From the IMG/VR virus record IMGVR_UViG_3300037261_000179, positions 1-57,088 of that record: a stretch of DNA of 57,088 bases, one strand, 5' to 3'. This DNA comes from a virus (taxonomy: Duplodnaviria; Caudoviricetes). A program made the position numbers and the translations under genes. Below are positions 17,713-25,800 of the stretch, in pieces. The notes under the pieces were generated by a model that was given only the letters and a program-made list of their open reading frames with translations, searched no databases and was not told where the DNA came from. Within the stretch, counting starts at the first letter, position 1; each line of letters opens with the position of its first letter.

Positions 17713-19610
17713 GACGCGACGCCATGATCGACAGTGAGTGGTTCTACAGCGCGGACCTGTCCATTCAGCACATGTGCGCGAAAAAGTATTTTTCGCAGTC
17801 GTACAGCTATCTCTGGAGTTTCGTCACCGACGGCTACCGCTGGGCCGGTACGCCGCAGGAATTCCGGGAAAACTACGTGGCACAGGCCATCATCGCGGAT
17901 TCCAACACCAACCTTTGGGCCGTCAATTCGAACTTCGATTTTCAAGGCGCCGAGAAAGAGTTTCCCGAACTGGGGATCACAAAACGGCCATGGCAGTGCG
18001 TCTCCGACTACGCTGTGCATCACCAACGCCCGCGCTCCCTCGCCTCCCTTCACTATACGCTGACTGGCCGCCCCCACTCCAAGACGATGCGAAACGTCAT
18101 GAAGGGCCGGCATTTTTGCGAATTCTTGGGCTTTGAGCAGGACAACGTAAAGGCCATGAATCTGGCGGACTCCGATGTGGCGCTGGAAGATCTGGGTGAG
18201 CTGCGCAAGCTCGGCCCGATGTCCCAAACGGAGAGGGAAGTGGCCGCGCATACCCGGATGATCTGCCGGCGAGGGATCAACACGGACCCGGAGTACATTG
18301 AGAAATGCCGCCAGGCGCTCACTTGGATCAGGCACAACGCGAAGCAGAAGCTGCCATGGTTCGAAGTTGACACGCCCCTCTCCGTGCAGGCTTTCAACAC
18401 TTGGTCCTGCAAACAGGGCGTCGCTCCGCCCAACAATCTCAAAAAGGACGGCGCGGATTTTACCGACTGGATGGAAGCCAACCCCAAGCTTGCACCGGTC
18501 ATGCGGGCCCGTCAGGCATTTGAGTTGTCCAACAGGAAACTTTCCCACATTGAAAAATTCCTCTCCAAGTGCCACGAAGGGATTTACTACCCGGACCTCC
18601 TCTACTGCGGAGCTCCGCACACCCGCCGCTGGTCGGCCAAAGGCTCCAGTGACGGCTCCCAAACCGACGGCGACGACACGCACTCGGGCTTCAATATCCA
18701 AAACATGGACCGGGAGCCCCTGTTCGGGGACATCGTGCCTGATTTCATTTCACCCCTCCCACCGGTCAAAAAAGGACAGCCGCAGCCCGGCATCTTTTTC
18801 CGTAATTTCCTCGTCCCTCGGCCCGGAAAAAAGTTCGTAGTCCTGGACTTTGCCCAAGTAGAACCACGCTGCCTGTTCTGGCTGGCCCAATGTGAAAAGC
18901 TGCTCCAAATGGTGCGGGAAGGATATTCGATCTATGAGGCGTTTGCCCGGACCACCGGAATGTGGAACGAGCCCGGCAAACTCAAGGAGACGGCCCCCAC
19001 TGCCTACTATGTGAAGGTAAAGAACGCTGCAATCGGCAGCGGCTACGGCATGGGTGGCCCGCGGTTTTCCAAGTACGCCAAGATTCCGGTGCAGGAAGCC
19101 ACGGACCTGATTCAGCTGATTCGCGCCAACAACCCCAGCGTTCCCGGGTTCTGGCGCCGGCTGCAAAGCCTCTGTGTCCGCGCGGCGCAGGAGAAGGCCC
19201 CGTTGGAAATTCAGATGCCCAACGGCAGTATGTTTCGGTATTTCAATGTCACCAAGTACGAGCGCCACACTGACGAGGGTGCCGTGATGTACGCCTACCG
19301 GGGCGACAAGGTGCTGGGAGAGTTGAATCCGAAGAACACGGCAGACATTTACGGCGGACGGCTGACGGAGAATGTGACTCAGCGCATGGCCCGGGACCTT
19401 GTGGCCGAAGCCATCCTCCGCTTGGAAAAAGCCGGCCTGCCCGTGTGCTTCCATGCCCATGACGAAATCGTGGTTGAAGTGGACGAAGCTGACGCCAAGG
19501 AGGCTTTCATCAGAGGCCGGCAGATCATGGAAATGGTCCCTGACTGGGCGTACGGTCTGCCAATTGGCACAAGCGGTGGGGTTTATGATAGGTATTGTAA
19601 AGCCGATTGA
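17709..19610 (+). CDS. polA: Family A DNA polymerase with a 3'-5' exonuclease domain
   Basis: DSE/NFD exonuclease motifs; TRRWS, NIQN, DFAQVEPR (motif A), KNAAIGSGYGMG (B), ENVTQ, HDE (C); ATG at 17709 overlaps the primase stop. Confidence 0.93.
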   Translation: MRRDAMIDSEWFYSADLSIQHMCAKKYFSQSYSYLWSFVTDGYRWAGTPQEFRENYVAQAIIADSNTNLWAVNSNFDFQGAEKEFPELGITKRPWQCVSDYAVHHQRPRSLASLHYTLTGRPHSKTMRNVMKGRHFCEFLGFEQDNVKAMNLADSDVALEDLGELRKLGPMSQTEREVAAHTRMICRRGINTDPEYIEKCRQALTWIRHNAKQKLPWFEVDTPLSVQAFNTWSCKQGVAPPNNLKKDGADFTDWMEANPKLAPVMRARQAFELSNRKLSHIEKFLSKCHEGIYYPDLLYCGAPHTRRWSAKGSSDGSQTDGDDTHSGFNIQNMDREPLFGDIVPDFISPLPPVKKGQPQPGIFFRNFLVPRPGKKFVVLDFAQVEPRCLFWLAQCEKLLQMVREGYSIYEAFARTTGMWNEPGKLKETAPTAYYVKVKNAAIGSGYGMGGPRFSKYAKIPVQEATDLIQLIRANNPSVPGFWRRLQSLCVRAAQEKAPLEIQMPNGSMFRYFNVTKYERHTDEGAVMYAYRGDKVLGELNPKNTADIYGGRLTENVTQRMARDLVAEAILRLEKAGLPVCFHAHDEIVVEVDEADAKEAFIRGRQIMEMVPDWAYGLPIGTSGGVYDRYCKAD

Positions 19611-19637
19611 CCAAATGGAAAACTTTCTTGTGTTGCA

Positions 19638-19814
19638 ATGTTGACATCCGAGCAAATATCGTCCATTCGTCTTTCAACCAAGCCCGACAGCGTCCTCGCC
19701 CGGCGCTTCAAAGTTTCCAGAAAAGAAATAATCAACGCCCGTTCCAACCATGAAAGAAGCTACCACTGCCTCTCCCTACCTGTTCGTCAACCTATCGAAG
19801 GACGCTCTGCTTAA
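19638..19814 (+). CDS. 58-aa HTH protein (not in the ORF track)
   Basis: MLTSEQISSIRLSTKPDSVLARRFKVSRKEIINAR has an HTH pattern; overlaps the next gene by 65 nt. Confidence 0.55.
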   Translation: MLTSEQISSIRLSTKPDSVLARRFKVSRKEIINARSNHERSYHCLSLPVRQPIEGRSA

Positions 19815-20148
19815 AGCCCTCACGGAAGCTTACGCGACCAGCCAACCGATTAATGAAAAGCTGGTCGATATCAGCCTCCACATCGCGGGAATCACGGCGG
19901 AGATTTACCGCCGCTCGATCGTCAAACAGTCCGGTCTGCCGGTTTCCCGGGTCCGCACGGTGATGAAGATTTCATTGAACGTACACCCAAACAAGGGCCT
20001 CCAGCTCGTCGCCCAGCGGCTGGCCCAGCTGAAGGACCAAGGCATAGAGATTACCGCGGTCACCTACGACGAAAACACGTCGGAATTTTCCTTCTACACC
20101 AAACCCGAATTCCAAATTACCGATGAAGCGCCGACGGAAAAAGTCTAA
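19750..20148 (+). CDS. Hypothetical protein
   Basis: 132-aa ORF with an ACCATG start. Confidence 0.75.
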   Translation: MKEATTASPYLFVNLSKDALLKALTEAYATSQPINEKLVDISLHIAGITAEIYRRSIVKQSGLPVSRVRTVMKISLNVHPNKGLQLVAQRLAQLKDQGIEITAVTYDENTSEFSFYTKPEFQITDEAPTEKV

Positions 20149-20422
20149 GATTCTCGGGCTGTTTGGCCCGATTACAGAACTGGACCGGCACTTGTTTATG
20201 AAACACAGAGTCATCTACAAACTACCACCAAGCCGTCCGATCACTGCCTACCAGTGGTTCGGGTACGTTCCGGATCGGAGGGGACTTATCGCGCGTCTTT
20301 CACTCCTTTCAAAAGAACAGACCACCCAAAAATTCAACTGGTTCGAAAAGAAACTCCGTTCCTCCAAAAAGCACATCAAGCGCTACACCCAAAAATTCAA
20401 GAAAAGGAAAATTTCCAAATGA
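20123..20422 (+). CDS. Basic hypothetical protein (start uncertain, alternative ATG at 20198)
   Basis: Lys/Arg-rich ORF; stop overlaps the next ATG. Confidence 0.45.
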   Translation: MKRRRKKSKILGLFGPITELDRHLFMKHRVIYKLPPSRPITAYQWFGYVPDRRGLIARLSLLSKEQTTQKFNWFEKKLRSSKKHIKRYTQKFKKRKISK

Positions 20423-20748
20423 GCAATTTCAACAGTCAATCAATGGTGAACTGGCTTCGGGCCATGGTCATGGCCATGCCCCACGGCGGGAAAAAGGAAG
20501 TAGCAGACATGCTGGGATTGTCCCCCTCCGGCCTGTCCAAGCTTCTGTCCGACCCCGAGCGCGGATTTGACGAAAAAACCCTCCGCGCCGTCGCGTGGGT
20601 CGAAACCACCAAGGCGTCCCGGTACCCGGAGGAAACCTTCCCCATCATCGCCTCCGTCAACGTGGGCCCCTTGGTCGTGGAGACGCGGCAGATTGCGGAG
20701 GGCACGAAACCGTTCTACACTTGGCGCCTGAAGGACGAGCCAAAGTGA
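20419..20748 (+). CDS. XRE-like HTH transcriptional regulator
   Basis: KKEVADMLGLSPSGLSKLL helix-turn-helix. Confidence 0.8.
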   Translation: MSNFNSQSMVNWLRAMVMAMPHGGKKEVADMLGLSPSGLSKLLSDPERGFDEKTLRAVAWVETTKASRYPEETFPIIASVNVGPLVVETRQIAEGTKPFYTWRLKDEPK

Positions 20749-21296
20749 ACGTCTTGGCTGTCGATCCTGGAATGTCCGGTGCCGTAGTGGTAGTATGGGC
20801 CCGCGGGATTCACGTCCGGCGGGACTTCAAGCATCCCGAGGATATGACCCGAGCAGTGGACGAACTGTCACAGCATGCTGATACCGCAGTTATTGAAATG
20901 GTGGCCTCCCGCCCAGGACAAGGAGTCGCCAGCCAATTCAGCTTTGGGTTTTCTGCGGGATGTGCTACGGGAGCGCTCTTAAGCAACGGCTTTTCCCAAT
21001 TTGATGAACGGAAAAAGCCTCTGTTCGAAGTCTCGCCCCTGCGCTGGCAAAATTATTACTGGGAACTACTCGGAGGGCGCCCGGAGGAAACATCTTTCGA
21101 CTCTATAGCTGTTGCAACTCAGTTTCACCCGCCGTCTGTCGAATTCCTGACCCGGGTCAAAGACCACAACACGGCCGATGCCATCCTCATGGCCCTTTGG
21201 TACATTCTGACGCAGCCCAAGGAAGGCTCAATCCGACAAAAGGACCGAACTCGCCTTGGTTGGCTGCACAAGCGATTCAACAAGCCTGAAATATAA
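20745..21296 (+). CDS. RuvC-like Holliday junction resolvase
   Basis: VLAVDPG, VIE, GQGVASQFSFG, P..W, DHNTADAILMA. Confidence 0.88.
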   Translation: MNVLAVDPGMSGAVVVVWARGIHVRRDFKHPEDMTRAVDELSQHADTAVIEMVASRPGQGVASQFSFGFSAGCATGALLSNGFSQFDERKKPLFEVSPLRWQNYYWELLGGRPEETSFDSIAVATQFHPPSVEFLTRVKDHNTADAILMALWYILTQPKEGSIRQKDRTRLGWLHKRFNKPEI

Positions 21297-21336
21297 TACT
21301 TGACGAAATTCAAGTTTGACGGAAGCTGGCTTCACC

Positions 21337-22035
21337 ATGAAACAACTTCCCTTCGCAGTCATCTACGGCGGCACTCTGAATCCGAATGTCGTCCTGTCTT
21401 CGACCAACACCATCATCGCCGGTACCGTCACGGCCATCAACCTGGCCATCGCCGAGCTGAACGCCAATTTCGCCAACTACGGGTACGCTGCTACCCCCGC
21501 GCTTCCGACCATCCCCGCCATTCCGACCCCGGGCAGTCTGGCCCCGAACGGTATCGCCTACCTGCAGAGCCAAGTCCCCGGCGGCGTCACCTGCGGGCCC
21601 TCGACCAGCTATTTGCTGATCGACGCGTTCCTTTCGGTCGGGTACGCCGATCCTTCCGGCGATCTCGACCGCCTCACTTCCGAGCAAACGGTGGCAAATT
21701 TGCTCATTGCCCGCGCGGTGCTCAGCACTGCCGCCGCCGTGGCTATCACGGTCCAGCCGACCAACCAAACGATTGCCCACAACGCGGCCGGAGCTATCGC
21801 CCTAACCGCCACCGGTACCGGTCGTACCTACGAATGGTACATTCAGCTGCTTGGTACCTCCGCTTTCCAGCGCGTCACCGATGCCGGTCCATTCACCACT
21901 TCTGCCACCGCATCCCTCACGATCACGAATCCGGTCTTGGCTACCTACAACGGCTCCAAGTTCATCTGTCTCGTGCGTAGCGCTTCTGGCGGCCAGGTCC
22001 TCGGATCAACCGTCGTCACCCTCACCGTCTCGTAA
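21337..22035 (+). CDS. Ig-like domain protein, paralogue 1 (putative virion decoration)
   Basis: C-terminal ITVQP...YEW...ASLTI...YNGSKFICLV...LTVS Ig pattern. Confidence 0.75.
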   Translation: MKQLPFAVIYGGTLNPNVVLSSTNTIIAGTVTAINLAIAELNANFANYGYAATPALPTIPAIPTPGSLAPNGIAYLQSQVPGGVTCGPSTSYLLIDAFLSVGYADPSGDLDRLTSEQTVANLLIARAVLSTAAAVAITVQPTNQTIAHNAAGAIALTATGTGRTYEWYIQLLGTSAFQRVTDAGPFTTSATASLTITNPVLATYNGSKFICLVRSASGGQVLGSTVVTLTVS

Positions 22036-22064
22036 GGCCCTTTGGCAGTTCAAAATTTTCCACC

Positions 22065-22757
22065 ATGAAACTCCTCCCCTTCGCCGTCATTTATGGCGGC
22101 CTGCTCAACACCAACGTCATTCTGTCCTCGCTGAACAACGTTCACACCGCGACTGTCGCCCAGCTGGCGCTGCAGATTGCGGAGGTGAACACGAACTACA
22201 GCTTGTACGGGTTCAACGCTTCGCCGGCCATTCCGTCGCTGCCTGCAATCCCGACCATGACATATACGGCTCCCCAGGCCATCGCGTACTTCCAAAGTCA
22301 GCCCAACACCACGAGCTACAATCACGGCCCTTCGACCAGTTTCCTGCTGATCGACGCCGACACGGCGAACGGGTTTGATGACCCGAACAACGCCCTGAAC
22401 GGCATCCTCACCGACGCCAACTTGGTGGCGATTTCAGCGGCGGCGCGGGCACTTCGGGCAAACATCACGACCCAGCCCACCGCTGCGGTCACGATCGCGC
22501 ACAACGCGAGCGGTAACCTCGGTACTGTGGTTGCCAGTGGAGCGGGCAATACCTTTCAGTGGCAGTACCGGCTCCTAGGCACCGGGGCTTGGCTCAACGT
22601 ACCGGCCACCGGGCCTTTCTCCAATGTGACCACGGCGACTCTCACGATTGCCAATCCGGTATTGGTCACCTACGACCAAACCGTTTTCCGGTGCGTGGTG
22701 CAGAGCACAGGCTCCGGTCCGGTGTGCTCCTCCAGCAGCACCCTCACGGTCACGTAA
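22065..22757 (+). CDS. Ig-like domain protein, paralogue 2
   Basis: Aligns end to end with the previous gene (MKxLPFAVIYGGxLNxNVxLSS, GPSTSxLLIDA, IAHNA, ITNP/IANPVLxTY). Confidence 0.75.
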   Translation: MKLLPFAVIYGGLLNTNVILSSLNNVHTATVAQLALQIAEVNTNYSLYGFNASPAIPSLPAIPTMTYTAPQAIAYFQSQPNTTSYNHGPSTSFLLIDADTANGFDDPNNALNGILTDANLVAISAAARALRANITTQPTAAVTIAHNASGNLGTVVASGAGNTFQWQYRLLGTGAWLNVPATGPFSNVTTATLTIANPVLVTYDQTVFRCVVQSTGSGPVCSSSSTLTVT

Positions 22758-22785
22758 AACACTTGGCGGTAGAACAGCGTTACGG

Positions 22786-22822
22786 GCGAGACCCGGGATC
22801 GAAAGGTCCCGGGCTCTTCGTT
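22786..22822. terminator. Hairpin at the convergence of the two arms (likely bidirectional terminator)
   Basis: GAGACCCGGGATC-GAAA-GGTCCCGGGCTC stem with a GNRA loop between converging stop codons. Confidence 0.8.
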
Positions 22823-22823
22823 C

Positions 22824-25800
22824 CTACTGGTGGAACAGGATGTTTCGTACCGACTGCGCCGTCTGCCGGCGGTTCGCCTTGGCCATCTCGTACTGCTGCA
22901 GCTCGTCGGCCGACAGTGTGGCTTTGAAAGCCCGTTCCCGCGCCAAACTGCCCGTGAAAGGCGTTGTTTCCTCCTGGTGGTAATAGTCCGCAATCGCCCG
23001 TTTGGCCATGGCTTCCTTGGCCGAAGCTGGGAGCGGGCCGGGGATGGCCTGTGCCTTCTGCTCGAGCAGATCCCCGAGGGCCTGCTGAGATTTTTCAAAA
23101 TTGCCGGCGTTGACCGCCTTCGACAGGGGCAGGTATGGGCTTGGCCGGTCTTCTCCGCGGAGAATTCCCAGCTTGTCGTTGAACTGCCCGGCTTTGATCT
23201 TCATTTGCTGCTCGGGAGTGATCACCGAAGTTTCTTTCAGCCCCATGGCGCTGGCCAGCGGCTTGGCGGCGCCGCGCGCCAGCCCTTCCAGACTGAAATC
23301 GTTGGTCAAACCCTCCGACGTGTTGCCGATAAAAGGATTCAGCTGTTTGGCCGCCGCTATCGCGTTTTGGGTCATTTGGCTCTGGCCGGGCAGAGCGGTC
23401 TTGGCCTGCTTGAACCCGGAAGCATTGTACCCTGTGGCCAGCGTCGCTGCGGTGTTTACGGCCGGACCGGCAAAGGGATGAATGAAACCCCCGATCATGT
23501 CCTTGGCGGCACTGTCGGCAATCCTCGCCGCTCCCTCGCCGCGCTGTACGCCTGCGGAAATAGCGTTCACCCCCGTCAGACGGAGACCGCGGCGAACCCC
23601 TGTCCACTGCTGGGGGTCCACGATGATGGCCTTTCCGTTGGTGTCAGTCTTGCCCGTGTCGATCGCGCCGAAAGCGGTCCCTGGGCGCCCCATGGGCTTG
23701 CCACTCAGGGCATAGTTTATCGCCATGGGGATGGCCACGAGATTGGCCACGAGTCCGGCGACTTCGACGGCGCGCATCTTCACGCTGGCCGCCGTACTGG
23801 CCGACTCTATCCCCGGGTTCGCCGTTACTCTCCGCAGGGCGTTGGTGTTGAAAGTGCGTCCGGCGACAATGAACGGAGAAACGCCCCACTCTTTTAGTTT
23901 AGCTGTGATCTGCCCCATCAGGCGCGTGTTGTACTGGCCGACTTGGTTGATGAACTCGCGCCGGCCGTGCTCGCTGTCCTTGGCCAGGTTTCGCTCCACC
24001 AAATTGTCATACATGTCGTTTCGGACCAGTCGGGCCGCCCGGTCCACCGCTTGGATCAGTTTGCCCATGCCCCGGACATCCGTGCGCTCCGCACGCCCGG
24101 CCCCGATCCGCGCAATCTCAGCCAAGTCTTCACGGATCTGGGGGGAATCGAGAATCACCTTGCGGGCTTTCATGCTCACGCGCGCAATGGCGTCCACCAC
24201 ATTGACGCCAGGCAGCTTTCTAACCATGTCGGCGACCACGGACTTTCCCCCTTGCTGGCCGGAGATCGAGGTGAGAATGTTGGCGACGTGGTAGAGGGCG
24301 TCCACCGGGCCTTTCAGCTGGATCGTGTTCAGAACATTGGAAATATGTGTCACCGCCGCGTGCTTAAAAGTCTCATCCAGATTCATGGCCCGCACGACCT
24401 CGGGGTAAACCTTTGGGTCAACGAAAAGATTGCGAATGATCATCCGCCCGCCAAGTCCCCGGCGCTCGATCTGCAGTTTGCGCCCCACCTGCCCGTGAAA
24501 TTCCGGGGCGGTCTCTCCCACAGGTAGAATCTGGCCCAGTCCACTTTCCGTTAGCTTGTCGTAGAGCTGGCGCTTCGCCGTTTCCTCAAAATTGCCGGAA
24601 ACCATGGAGCGCGCTATTTCATTGTAGTCCGTGACGTAGTTGTCGGCCGAGCCGTAGGCTTTTTTGGTGAATGCAGACCCGCGCTTGAGGGGTACCGTGA
24701 AATCCCCTTTCCCGCCCTTGCCAAGTCCGCCTTTCAATACCTCGCCCTCCTCTGTGATCGGAAGCAAATTCGCAAACGCCCCGGTGGCATCGCCGGCCTT
24801 GGCCAGTTGCCCGCCAAGATTTTCGTGCATCTCTTTCGCAAAGGGCTGGAGCAATTCCTTGTGCCGGTCGAGCGCCGATTTTATTTCCGGGTCGTTGAGC
24901 GCCGCCTTGAAATCAGCCTCCGTCTTGAACGGAGAATTCTCCTTGCCGATAAGCGTTGTTACATTCTGGGCGTGGTCGAGAAACGGCTGGGCGCCTTCCC
25001 GGTCCCCCGTCATGGCCGTGTCTGAAGCCTGCTTGAGGAATCCGCGGCGCATCGTCTGCAGCCGGTCCTCCACGAGCACAGCTCCCAGCTTCTTGGCAAA
25101 TTCCGAGTCGTGCAGGTGATCCCCCAAAACCTTGCCGGCGTAGTCCCGGGCGATTTCCGGCGCGGCAATCTTGGCGGAGGCGTAGCGCACAAGGGCGTTG
25201 CCGGCGTCTTCGTTGAGGGCTGAAGTTTTTGGCGCGGATTCGTTGGCCAGTCCGCGCATCATCGAATTGACCTCCGGGCTGCTGCCGTGGAGAACATTGC
25301 TCATGAGCGACAGCGCGCGGGTGCCCGGGGTTGTCGCCTTGGCCGTCGCCTCGTCAATCTTAGCGTGGGCGTCTTCATTAAAATCCGCCAAAAAGTCAGT
25401 GATCTGCTCCGGCGAAGCGTTGCCCACGGACGAGCCTTCGTTGTGCAACTCGCGGGACGAGCGGAAAAGGGCCTCCAGCCGTGGGGTGATTTCTTCACCG
25501 AACTGCTTGACCATCTCCTTGGACCATCTGGCGAAATCCGTGATGCCTCTTTCGAGAATGGCCGCGCCTTTGACTGCGTAGGCTGCGCTTTGCTCCGGAT
25601 CGAACAGTGCGTTTACCTGCCCGCGCTTTTTGGCCAGAACTTTGTCAGCCCACGCCTCGGCCGCAGAGTTCGAAATTAGTCCCTTGCCAGCAAGTGCGGC
25701 CTGGATGTCCTCCGGCGAGGCATTGACGCTGATCCGCGTTTTCAGACGGTCACCGGACATGCCCTGCGGGTCGATATCCAGCTGTTTGGAGAGCGCGAGC

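Noticed and set aside
20419-20748. Lysogeny module (CI repressor plus integrase)
   Set aside because: HTH only, no peptidase domain, no divergent cro arrangement, and no integrase or partition genes recognised
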